From: a virus
Lineage: Duplodnaviria; Caudoviricetes
IMG/VR virus record: IMGVR_UViG_2599185359_000001
Coordinates: 46,779-110,778 of that record
DNA length: 64,000 nucleotides
Reading direction: 5' to 3' (one strand)
The notes beneath the pieces were generated by a model that saw only the letters and a program-made list of their open reading frames with translations, was not told the DNA's origin and searched no databases. This document shows positions 9,653 through 18,333 of this stretch, piece by piece. Numbering within the stretch: the stretch's first letter is position 1; each line of letters begins with the position of its first letter. A program made the translations under genes and the position numbers.

Positions 9653-9759
9653 GGTATTCCTGTCGGGTAGAGGGTGCGGGGGAGGGCAACGCGCGCTCCC
9701 CCGCCTTCAATCGGCGGCCTGGGCCGCCCGCCTGGAGCCGAAGCCCCAGGCACCTTCCG

Positions 9760-10794
9760 TCATTCGAGGCCGGCGAGGATGTCGTCGATGTCGTCCGAGT
9801 CCGCGGCGGCCGGTGCCGGCTTGGCGGCGGGCTTCGAGGCCGGCTTGGCGGCGGGCTTCGCCGGTTCCGGCTCGGCTTCGGGCTCTTCGTCGACGACCGA
9901 CGCGATCGCGGCGTCGAGATCGGCATCTTCGAAGTCGGCGTCCTCGACTGCCGGCGCTTCTTCCTCGTCCTCGTCGAGCACTTCGGTCACCGCCGCGGCG
10001 TTGGTCTTGCTCGCGGCAGCGGTGCCGCCCGCGTTGGTCAGGCGAGCCTGCGACGTCGACGACGCGCTCGTGATCGCTGCGGCAACGGTGATGCCCGCCG
10101 CGCCATTGATCTTGCCGAGGAACTCGAGCGCCTTGCCTTCGAGATTTTCGAACTGCGAGGCGATCCAGGCGTCGAGGTCGATCGCCTTCTCGAGGATCTT
10201 CGGCGTGAGCTTCGCCTTCTTCGGGGTCACCGTGAACTGGTACTTGGTGTCCATGCCCGAGCCCGATTTCTCGCACTTGAAGACGTGGCCGTTGTCGAGG
10301 CTGGCGATGTCGTAGTCAGGGTCTTCGTCGGTCCACGCCTCGAACTGCGACAGAATGCCGTCGAACGCACCTTCGCTGACCTCGATCAGCACCGGCTCGT
10401 TCGGCGCCTGATCCTTGTCGTCGAGGATGAGGGCGCAGAAGATCTCGCGCGGGCTGGCGAGCATCTTGCGGTAGTGCTCCTTCGTTTCCGCGTCCGGCGC
10501 CTGGCGCATGGCGTCGAAGAGCATCTCCTTGATCGGGTCACGCTCGCCATAGGTGATGTCGCGGTCACCGATGCCGAAGAAGCTCTGGCCGTCGAACGAC
10601 TTGAGGTAGGTCTTGCCATACTTGCGCGAGAAGTCGCCCGAGACGGTCGGCGTGCCCGAGGTGTCCGGCGCCGGCAGAATGCGGAACTTGGTCTCGCCGT
10701 TCTTGAACTTGTAGGGGCGGAGACCCTTGCTGCGGTTGGCTGCGATCGCCTGCCGCTTCTGCTGGATCCGCTCGCGTGCGGTGAGTGCGCCCAT
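9760..10794 (-). CDS. Single-stranded DNA-binding protein (gp32-like)
   Basis: FRILP N-terminus, KSGSGMDTKY, acidic tail DDIDDILAGLE; recombination operon context. Confidence 0.65.
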   Translation of the reverse strand: MGALTARERIQQKRQAIAANRSKGLRPYKFKNGETKFRILPAPDTSGTPTVSGDFSRKYGKTYLKSFDGQSFFGIGDRDITYGERDPIKEMLFDAMRQAPDAETKEHYRKMLASPREIFCALILDDKDQAPNEPVLIEVSEGAFDGILSQFEAWTDEDPDYDIASLDNGHVFKCEKSGSGMDTKYQFTVTPKKAKLTPKILEKAIDLDAWIASQFENLEGKALEFLGKINGAAGITVAAAITSASSTSQARLTNAGGTAAASKTNAAAVTEVLDEDEEEAPAVEDADFEDADLDAAIASVVDEEPEAEPEPAKPAAKPASKPAAKPAPAAADSDDIDDILAGLE

Positions 10795-10828
10795 AATTCC
10801 TAATGCTCCTGTGTTCACTTCGAATAGA

Positions 10829-10848
10829 GTGTGTGTCGTTCATAACTC
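10829..10848 (+). promoter_or_regulatory. Operator motif copy 3 (upstream of SSB)
   Basis: GTGTGTGTCGTTCATAACTC, weak right half. Confidence 0.55.
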
Positions 10849-10884
10849 GCGCGAGACACACCTGTCGCGCGGCTTCGTGGTGGG

Positions 10885-11436
10885 TTATTCGGTTGCGTCA
10901 GCCTCCTGTCGCATGGGCCGCGCCCGGTTGTTGCGTTGAGAACGGCGCTGGTCGTAGCTGGAGGCTGCTTCGCGTGCGTTCTGGATTACGAGATTGGATT
11001 TCAGCTGCGCCTGGGTCAGGATGCCCAGGGACTTCAGCATCTCCTCGCGCGTCTTGAACGCGTAATAGGCGACCTTGCAGATGGCTTCGATCTCGTCGGC
11101 GTCCATCTTCTTGATCTGCCACTCGCGTGAGGACTTATCGAGCGCGACGGCGGCGGCCACCATGTCTGCGGTCACCCGCTCGGGCTTGGTGTTGGTCTGG
11201 GAGGCCTCCTCCTCGGCGGCCTCGCGCAGCTTGGCGCGGTGGGTCGTCGTGAGCTTGGCCTCGATCGCCTTCAGGGTGAGCGCTACCTTAGCCGCCTGCT
11301 TCTTGGCTCGGGAGTGCTGGATACCGTACCAGGCGGCGCGAGCGGTCTGGGTTCGCATCGCCTCGGAGATGTCGCCGATCTCGGCGTCGATCTCCTTGAC
11401 GAACTCATCCACGTCGATGAAATCTTCAAGCGTCAT
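10885..11436 (-). CDS. Helical protein, possible UvsY-like recombination mediator
   Basis: Coiled-coil, AFKTREEML, located between dnaE and SSB. Confidence 0.45.
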   Translation of the reverse strand: MTLEDFIDVDEFVKEIDAEIGDISEAMRTQTARAAWYGIQHSRAKKQAAKVALTLKAIEAKLTTTHRAKLREAAEEEASQTNTKPERVTADMVAAAVALDKSSREWQIKKMDADEIEAICKVAYYAFKTREEMLKSLGILTQAQLKSNLVIQNAREAASSYDQRRSQRNNRARPMRQEADATE

Positions 11437-11457
11437 GCTGTTCTTTCGCTGGGTGTG

Positions 11458-11477
11458 ATGTGTGTTGTAACGCACGC
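11458..11477 (+). promoter_or_regulatory. Operator motif copy 4
   Basis: ATGTGTGTTGTAACGCACGC. Confidence 0.65.
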
Positions 11478-11487
11478 GCTCAGAAGG

Positions 11488-14400
11488 TCAACAAGAATTG
11501 TCGACCAGAGCGCGCACTTCGGAGAAAACTTTCGTCAGCGCTTCCCGCTTGCTCGCATCGTGATAGATCTGCGTTGGCTTGAACCCAACGATAACCGTGG
11601 CATCGAGCTCGGCCGAGTAGGTCTTGCGGCCGACATGATCGGCAAGGCCCTTCAGGTCGGGGTAGAATGTCTTGATTGCCTGCGGCCCGAGGAGCACGAT
11701 GACTGGCGGCTTCATCGCCGCGATTTCGCGGTAGAGGTAGGGCAGGGAGTCCGCCACTTCCTTGGCCGGCAGATCCCGCTCGCCCTTCTTCAGCGGCCGG
11801 CGAAGCACCCAGGTCCACACGGCGTCGTCAAGCCGCATACCGGCATCGTGGAGGCTCGGCGCCACATAGTTCACATAGGAGAACTGGTGCTTGAGCTCCT
11901 CGTAGTCGTTGAACGGCGCGTCCAGGATGACCATGAATTTCGGCGCGCGGCCGAGCTCGCATGGCACCGCAGCCTCGCCCAGGTTCGCCATCATATCTTC
12001 GACCACCTGCACCACCGTGTCGGCGACGAGATCGTCGACCGGGATGTCGCGGGTCGCGACGACGCCCTGGTCGCTAATTGCCGGCATCAGCTCGATCTGG
12101 TCACGCTGACGGGACGGGTCAGTCGACTTGGCTTGACCGGGCACGATGCGCGCGAACGCGCCGACGCGATCGAGATGGTCGATGGCCTTGCTGTTCACCG
12201 CGCGGCTCGGCACGCGAGCCTTGAAGTCCTCCATGCTCACAAACCGGCCAGGGCCGAAGGTCTCGGTTGTGGTCACCTTGTTCTTGCGGCGCCCGGTGCT
12301 GCTCTCGACGACGACGGGGTTCGGGTCCGAGCGCGCGGCCATGATTGCACTGGCGCCCTTCTCGGACACGTTCTTCACCGCGGACAGGGGCGCGATGATG
12401 ATGCAGTCGTTCAGCGGCTCGAACTGGCCCGTGGAAATGTTGACGTCGGGCGGGATGACCCGGATTTCGTCCTTGGCCGCCTGCTTCACGATGCTGGCGA
12501 GCTTGTCACTGTCCGCGATGCCCATGCTGGCGGTATAGAACTCGACCAGGTAGTGAGCCTTCAGGTAGGCGGCCTGATACGCGATCAGCGTGTATTCCAC
12601 GGCGTGGCTGCGATTGAACGCGTAGCCGGCGAAACCTTCGATGTCCGTGAAAAGGCGATCGGCGTCCGTGTCCGGCATGCCCGAGGTGTCGACGGCGCCC
12701 TGCACGAACTTGTCGCGCTGCTGGGCCATCATCACCGGGTCCTTTTTGCCCATCGCCTTGCGGAGCACGTCGGCTTCGCCAGGCGTGAAGCCGCAGAGGA
12801 CACGGGCGATCTGCATCACCTGCTCCTGGTAGGCGATCACACCATAGGTGTCCTCGAGGATGGGCTTGAGGCTCGGCCACGGGTAGCTCACGGCCTCGGT
12901 CCCGGCGCGGCGCCGGATGTATGCCTCGGTGATGCCCGCATCGAGCGGGCCGGGACGGTTCAGGGCGTTAAGCGCGACGAGATCCTCGAAGCTGAGCGAA
13001 GCAGTTTTCGCCATCTCCTTCAGCAGGCGCCGCACGGACCCGCCCTCGAACTGGAACACGCCGGCGGTCTTCGCGCCCGAGAAAATCGCGAGCGTTGCCT
13101 CGTCGTCCAGCGGCAGCTTGTTGATGTCGACGCGGACGTTCCGGCGCTGGAAGATGAGCTTGAGCGCCTGGTCGAACATGTCGAGCGTGGACAGGCCGAG
13201 CACGTCGAGCTTGATGAGCCCCTGCTCTTCGCTGACGCGCTTGTCCCAGTTGATCACGCGCGCGTCGCCGCGCTTCTCTACCACCGCGCGCTTGGTGAGC
13301 GGCTCGCCCGCGACAACGACGCCGCCGGCGTGCGTGCCATAGGCTCGCATCTTGCCCTCGAGCTTCAGCGCCCGATCCCAGATGTGCGGGAACTGCTCCG
13401 CAAACACCTGGATCTCATGCGTGGTTTCGAACGCGTCCTTCAGCCCGGCCGAAACGCCGTGGGTGTCGCCGATGAACTTCGTGGCGCCCAGCTGGTCCTG
13501 CGGGAGGCCATAGATGCGCGCGACGTCACGGATCGCACCGCGGGCGCCCATGGTGTTGTAGTTCACGATGCCCGCGACGTTCTCCGCACCATACCGGTCT
13601 GCCAGGTAGGCGATCACCTCTTCGCGGCGCGTGGACATGAAGTCGAGGTCGGCGTCGGGGAGATCGAGACGATCGGGGTTGATGAAGCGCTCGAACAGCA
13701 GCTTGAACCGGATCGGGTCCACGTCGGTGATGCCGACGAGATAGGCGACCAGGCTGCCGCCCACGGAGCCGCGGCCCGGGCCGACATAAATGCCCTTGCT
13801 CTTCGACCAGCGAACGAGATCGGACACCAGCAGGAAGTACGGCGCAAAGCCGAGGCGCCGAAGCGTGTCGAGCTCGAACTGGAGGCGCGGCAGGTATTCC
13901 GCCTTGAGCTCCGCCGGGCTCGGCTGGTGCGCGAAGATGGGCGCGGTGAAGCGATCGCTCCAGCCTTCCTTGCATAGGCGCTTGAGCTCTTCGTCAGGAT
14001 CGTTGGCGAGTGACGGCAGCGATGGGTCGAGCTTCGCCCATTTGTACTCGGCCAGCTCCACCAGACGCTCGGTGTTCATCAGCCCGCGCTTGAACTCGGC
14101 GCCCCAGTTGCGGCCATAGCGGTCGGCGACCGCGTTGCTGGCGCGCACTGTGGCGGCGGCCAGCTCCTTTACCGTGTGCGGCTGGTACCGCGGGACCGGC
14201 TGGAGGTAGTCGCTGTAGGGGCGACGATCGGCGATGCCCGCGTTGCAGCTATAAGCGTCGTCGTCGTGATCGAGCCAGAACGCCGGCTGCACCACCAGCG
14301 GCTCCCACTCGGGCATGGCGCTGAAACAGCCGTTCAACTTCGCCCAGTCGATCACGCGGTGGTTCTGTCGCGAGAAGTAGGGCGTGTCGCTCGGCACAAG

Positions 14401-14907
14401 CTCGTAGAAGCGCGCTACGAAGCGAACGCGCTGCGCGAGGTCAGACATCGCTTTGAGCATGTCGTCGCGCTGTGCGACGCTCTCAAGGTCACCGGTGCTT
14501 ATGACGAGACAGTCATCGTCTAGCGTCGACGCGAGATCGTCCCAGGTGACCCGCGGGACGAAGTAGAAGCGGTCAGCGTCGAACCCGCGGGTAAGCAGGC
14601 GGTAGAGCGACCGCATGCCCTCGTCGTTGGTGGGGTAGAGCTTGAGGAAGCATGCTGTCTCGCGCTCGCTTTTGTCGCGGCCAGCGTCCTCCTCCATGAT
14701 CACGCGGACGCGCACGCCGGCGAGGAGCCGCTTGTCGAGCTTGCCCAGCTTCTTCGTCGCCTCCACCACGGAGGAGATCGTCATAGTGTCGCAGATGCCA
14801 ACGACGTCAGCGCCCGCCTTCTCGGCCACGGCCGGCAGATCGTCGATGCCCAGGATGGACTCGCCAAGGGAGAAGTCGGTGCGCACACCGAGCAGGGGGT
14901 GGATCAT
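11488..14907 (-). CDS. dnaE: DNA polymerase III alpha subunit with C-terminal UDG-like domain
   Basis: GPGRGSVGGS, LLFERFINP, PDADLDF, HAGGVV, IKLDVLGL, YAFNRSHA; start 14907 with ATGA overlap. Confidence 0.95.
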   Translation of the reverse strand: MIHPLLGVRTDFSLGESILGIDDLPAVAEKAGADVVGICDTMTISSVVEATKKLGKLDKRLLAGVRVRVIMEEDAGRDKSERETACFLKLYPTNDEGMRSLYRLLTRGFDADRFYFVPRVTWDDLASTLDDDCLVISTGDLESVAQRDDMLKAMSDLAQRVRFVARFYELVPSDTPYFSRQNHRVIDWAKLNGCFSAMPEWEPLVVQPAFWLDHDDDAYSCNAGIADRRPYSDYLQPVPRYQPHTVKELAAATVRASNAVADRYGRNWGAEFKRGLMNTERLVELAEYKWAKLDPSLPSLANDPDEELKRLCKEGWSDRFTAPIFAHQPSPAELKAEYLPRLQFELDTLRRLGFAPYFLLVSDLVRWSKSKGIYVGPGRGSVGGSLVAYLVGITDVDPIRFKLLFERFINPDRLDLPDADLDFMSTRREEVIAYLADRYGAENVAGIVNYNTMGARGAIRDVARIYGLPQDQLGATKFIGDTHGVSAGLKDAFETTHEIQVFAEQFPHIWDRALKLEGKMRAYGTHAGGVVVAGEPLTKRAVVEKRGDARVINWDKRVSEEQGLIKLDVLGLSTLDMFDQALKLIFQRRNVRVDINKLPLDDEATLAIFSGAKTAGVFQFEGGSVRRLLKEMAKTASLSFEDLVALNALNRPGPLDAGITEAYIRRRAGTEAVSYPWPSLKPILEDTYGVIAYQEQVMQIARVLCGFTPGEADVLRKAMGKKDPVMMAQQRDKFVQGAVDTSGMPDTDADRLFTDIEGFAGYAFNRSHAVEYTLIAYQAAYLKAHYLVEFYTASMGIADSDKLASIVKQAAKDEIRVIPPDVNISTGQFEPLNDCIIIAPLSAVKNVSEKGASAIMAARSDPNPVVVESSTGRRKNKVTTTETFGPGRFVSMEDFKARVPSRAVNSKAIDHLDRVGAFARIVPGQAKSTDPSRQRDQIELMPAISDQGVVATRDIPVDDLVADTVVQVVEDMMANLGEAAVPCELGRAPKFMVILDAPFNDYEELKHQFSYVNYVAPSLHDAGMRLDDAVWTWVLRRPLKKGERDLPAKEVADSLPYLYREIAAMKPPVIVLLGPQAIKTFYPDLKGLADHVGRKTYSAELDATVIVGFKPTQIYHDASKREALTKVFSEVRALVDNSC

Positions 14908-15470
14908 TTCAGCTCCAAGGTTGCACCGTTGCGCTGCACGCGCTTGCACACGGTGAGAATAGAAACGGTCGCGTAGGTGCTGCGCTGCGCGTTCTGAGCG
15001 CTGAGCGAGAAGCTTTGCGCGATGCACGCGGTCAATTCGCGCATCGTGTGCGGTCGCTCTCGCAGCGCGCTGATGACGGCCGCCATGATGCGGTTCACGC
15101 CGGCCACGACTTCGATATGCGCGTGCCGCGGGTCGATGCGATTACGAACCATTTTGTCGATTGTGGAATGCGCTCGCAGATCCAGGTGCGTCTTGAGCGC
15201 CATCACGCCTTCTTCGTCCGGCATCGGGGCGGGCGGGGTTGGCTCGGGCTTCTTGCGAGCAGCTGCCTTCTCGGCGCGCGTCTTCCAAGCCTCACTCATT
15301 TTCTTACCCGTGCCGTCGCTGAAGCGATCAAGCAGGCGCATCATCTGCGGCCGACGCTTGTCTACCATAGTGGCACAGTCGGCGTGCGCCGCGCACGCGG
15401 TGCAGTTCGGCGAGCCCGCGTCGAACGCGAGCGAGGAGCCGAAGCAACCAGGGGCGGGCATGTGTGTCAC
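14904..15470 (-). CDS. Hypothetical Zn-finger / winged-helix protein
   Basis: PGCFG...CTAC...C N-terminus; helix-turn-helix-like C-terminus. Confidence 0.6.
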   Translation of the reverse strand: MTHMPAPGCFGSSLAFDAGSPNCTACAAHADCATMVDKRRPQMMRLLDRFSDGTGKKMSEAWKTRAEKAAARKKPEPTPPAPMPDEEGVMALKTHLDLRAHSTIDKMVRNRIDPRHAHIEVVAGVNRIMAAVISALRERPHTMRELTACIAQSFSLSAQNAQRSTYATVSILTVCKRVQRNGATLELK

Positions 15471-15479
15471 CTTGCACGG
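15460..15479 (+). promoter_or_regulatory. Operator motif copy 5 (dnaE operon start)
   Basis: ATGTGTGTCACCTTGCACGG. Confidence 0.65.
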
Positions 15480-15488
15480 ATCCAGATC

Positions 15489-15516
15489 AAAAAGGTGGGC
15501 GACATTCCTGTCGCCC
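15489..15516 (-). terminator. Intrinsic terminator after CobS-like gene
   Basis: GGGCGACA-ggaa-TGTCGCCC then ACCTTTTT. Confidence 0.6.
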
Positions 15517-15557
15517 GAGGTGAGGAGCCGAAGGTGAGCGCCTTCGACGGGAGTTGC

Positions 15558-16799
15558 TTATCCGAAGATGCGTTGCGCGGTCTGACGCACGGCCTCGGCC
15601 TGCGTGGAGTCCAGGCGATTTGCGTAGGCGAGCTCGATGCCCTTGCGGAACGCGCCGCCCTTGATCATGCCGATCATGGTCGCGCGGATCGATTCACGCG
15701 GTGAGATCGGGAGCGACAGTTCGCCATTGCCGTACATCTGGCGGATGCGGCTGGCGAAATCGACCATCTTCTCCGCGACGTCCTGGCTGACGCCGACGCG
15801 CTGCTTCAGGATTTCGATTTCCGTCTTCGTCTCGGGATAGTGGACCTGGATGGTCACGCCAAAGCGTGAGTAGGCGGCGGCGTTGCCGATCTTGGTGCCG
15901 CTGTAGAGACCGGTATCGTCGCCCGAGCCGTTGGTGTTGCCCGTCGCGATGAAGCGGAAATTCGGGTGCGGCTTGACCAGACGCTGATGGGGAGGGGCCT
16001 CCTTGATGTAGAGCGGCTTGCCCTCGAGGATCGGCTGATAGACCGCGATCACGGCGGGGTGCGCGAAGTCGTATTCGTCGGCGACATATACCCAGCCGCG
16101 CATCATGGCCTCGGCGAGGGGGCCGTAATCGAACTCGGTGCCCCCGTTGCGGACGACCATCTGCCCGATGATGTGCGCCTCTTCGGTGGTGTCGGTGTGC
16201 TGGACACGGACCCAGGGACGATGGAGGCGGGCGCAAATCTGCTCGACCAGCGACGTCTTGCCGGTGCCGTGCATCCCCCAGGCGAGCAGCGGGAAGTTGA
16301 GCTGCACGGCCATCACGGCATCCTTGAGCTCTTCGGCGCGGAAGACGTAGCTGTCGTCGATCGCCGGCACCGCCTCGGCATCGGAGACGTCCAGGTTTTG
16401 CATCACGTCGATCTGGATGGGGTCACCCTGCGACGCGCCGCGCTTGGGCGGCGAGCGAAGCTCGTCGGTCAGCGGCATGTCGAACACCTCGAACATGGGC
16501 TTCTTGACGGTCGTGCCCGGCTGGGTGAACGGGAGAACCTTGGCCGCCATCTTCTGGCTGGCCTCGTCCTGGGCGCGACGCTCAGCGGCCCGCCGGGCGG
16601 CGGCCTCTTCGAACGTTTTGCTTTTGGTCGGCGCTTCGGGGTAGTCCGCCTTGTACTTCTGCTCCGTGACGCCAGGATGGGCGTTCGCGAGATGCTTGGG
16701 GATGAAGTGCTCGGCCGATCCGCAGATCTGGCAGAGGACCTTATCGCCGGCTGCGTCGTAATAGCCTTCAGGCTGCTTGAGTGCGGTCGCGGTGCTCAT
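15558..16799 (-). CDS. CobS/MoxR-family AAA+ ATPase with N-terminal C2H2 zinc finger
   Basis: CQIC..H...H; GMHGTGKT; VADEYD; FIATGNTNG; SPR. Confidence 0.88.
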   Translation of the reverse strand: MSTATALKQPEGYYDAAGDKVLCQICGSAEHFIPKHLANAHPGVTEQKYKADYPEAPTKSKTFEEAAARRAAERRAQDEASQKMAAKVLPFTQPGTTVKKPMFEVFDMPLTDELRSPPKRGASQGDPIQIDVMQNLDVSDAEAVPAIDDSYVFRAEELKDAVMAVQLNFPLLAWGMHGTGKTSLVEQICARLHRPWVRVQHTDTTEEAHIIGQMVVRNGGTEFDYGPLAEAMMRGWVYVADEYDFAHPAVIAVYQPILEGKPLYIKEAPPHQRLVKPHPNFRFIATGNTNGSGDDTGLYSGTKIGNAAAYSRFGVTIQVHYPETKTEIEILKQRVGVSQDVAEKMVDFASRIRQMYGNGELSLPISPRESIRATMIGMIKGGAFRKGIELAYANRLDSTQAEAVRQTAQRIFG

Positions 16800-16831
16800 T
16801 TCTCACTCCTCAGTGCGCTTTTGCGCTTTCG

Positions 16832-16851
16832 ATGTGTGTCAGTTACCACAC
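16832..16851 (+). promoter_or_regulatory. Operator motif copy 6
   Basis: ATGTGTGTCAGTTACCACAC. Confidence 0.72.
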
Positions 16852-16875
16852 GCACAAACCAATTCAAGCGGGAAT

Positions 16876-16895
16876 GTGTGTGGCAGTTCGCATTG
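16876..16895 (+). promoter_or_regulatory. Operator motif copy 7
   Basis: GTGTGTGGCAGTTCGCATTG, 44 bp from copy 6. Confidence 0.55.
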
Positions 16896-16897
16896 GA

Positions 16898-18331
16898 TCA
16901 GCCGACAATGAAGCGCTTTAGCAGCGCCAGCAGCTGCCGGGGCATCTCGTTGACATCGTTGATGACGATGGCGTTGCTGTAATAGGCGGTGGGGCCTGCA
17001 TGCTGAATGCCCACGCCTACCAGGTCGATGCCCGAGGCCTCGATCGCCTTCACCACCTGGCGGGACTGCCGGGCATAGGCGCCATAGTCTTCCGCGCTGC
17101 GGGCTTCAAAGACCAGGCTGCCCGGCTCGCCGTCGGTCATGCAGATGAGGATCTTGCGGCGCTCCTTACGCTGCAGAAGGCGACGGGCTGCGAACTCAAG
17201 GCCACAACCTTCCGGCGTGTAACCCATGTTGTACCCGCATGCGCCGGTTTGGCCGCGTGAGTTGTGAACATGCCCGAAACGCCGCATCACCGGGATCGTC
17301 CAACGCTCCTCGAACGCCTTGAACTTCGGCATCACGATCGGGAACATGCGGTGAATCTTCGCAACCTCGTCCGCGGCGCGCACCTCCTGCAGGTAGCCAT
17401 GTTCGCGGACGCGCGGATCCTCCGTTTTGTCGGTAAAGCCCAGGCACTCGAACGCGATGCCGAGTTTCGCGAGGACCGAACCAAGCGCGTATGAGGCCTC
17501 CGTGGCAAGCACGGTGCGGGCGCCGTTCATTGACCCGGAGCAGTCGATCAACAGCGACAAGGCGGTGTCGAGGCTCTCCGCCTCCTGCCGGCGCGTGAAT
17601 ACACGGTCGTCATTCGCCATGATGCGGTGCAGGTTCGGCCCATGCAGCCGGCCGGAACGCATGCCCGGCACGCGCTTGACCTGGCTACGGGCGGCGATCA
17701 GCCGGCGGAGATCCTTCTGCAGCGGCCCCGTCGCCGATGCGACCTTCTGATCGATACCTTCGAGGCTCACCTGATCGGGAATGGCGATGTCGACCATGGC
17801 GTCAAAGTCTCGCGTGAAGACGCGGAACTCTTCGCCAGCGGCATCCTCGATCTGCTTGCGGATGAACTCCTGCATCAAGGCGTCCATGTCCTTGATCTGA
17901 GAGGCGTCAACCTCGATGATCTTGTCGTCTTCCTCCTCGCGCTCGCTTTCAAAGTCGCCGCCGTGGTTCGTGTTGCTGACGTCCGGCCTGCGCGAGCCTG
18001 CGTCGACCGGGATGCTGCCGAACGGGAAATCCTCGAGGTCTTCGTCCTGCTCGTCCTCGGCGTCTTCCTCGTCGGTGTCGCTGGGGCGGCGGCGCGGGCC
18101 GTCCTCGTCGTTATCGAGGTCGGTGTCGAAGTCGATTTCGGCGCCATCGTCCTGGTAGTCCCAGTTCTCGAGCATGCTCTCGAGCCACTTGGCGTCTTCA
18201 ACATAGCTGCGGAACTCAGGATCGCCGGCGACGTAGCGGTTCATCGCCGCGACGTGTTCGGGCGGCCAGAAGGTTTCGTCGGGACCACACTCGTCGATGA
18301 GGTCCATCGCTTCGTTGACGGAGAGCTTCAT
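16898..18331 (-). CDS. CobT-like C-terminal half (vWA domain) with N-terminal anti-sigma-like helical domain
   Basis: FRVFTRDFD, SGRL, MIDAS DCSGSM, MTDGEP, VGVGI. Confidence 0.82.
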   Translation of the reverse strand: MKLSVNEAMDLIDECGPDETFWPPEHVAAMNRYVAGDPEFRSYVEDAKWLESMLENWDYQDDGAEIDFDTDLDNDEDGPRRRPSDTDEEDAEDEQDEDLEDFPFGSIPVDAGSRRPDVSNTNHGGDFESEREEEDDKIIEVDASQIKDMDALMQEFIRKQIEDAAGEEFRVFTRDFDAMVDIAIPDQVSLEGIDQKVASATGPLQKDLRRLIAARSQVKRVPGMRSGRLHGPNLHRIMANDDRVFTRRQEAESLDTALSLLIDCSGSMNGARTVLATEASYALGSVLAKLGIAFECLGFTDKTEDPRVREHGYLQEVRAADEVAKIHRMFPIVMPKFKAFEERWTIPVMRRFGHVHNSRGQTGACGYNMGYTPEGCGLEFAARRLLQRKERRKILICMTDGEPGSLVFEARSAEDYGAYARQSRQVVKAIEASGIDLVGVGIQHAGPTAYYSNAIVINDVNEMPRQLLALLKRFIVG

Positions 18332-18333
18332 AA

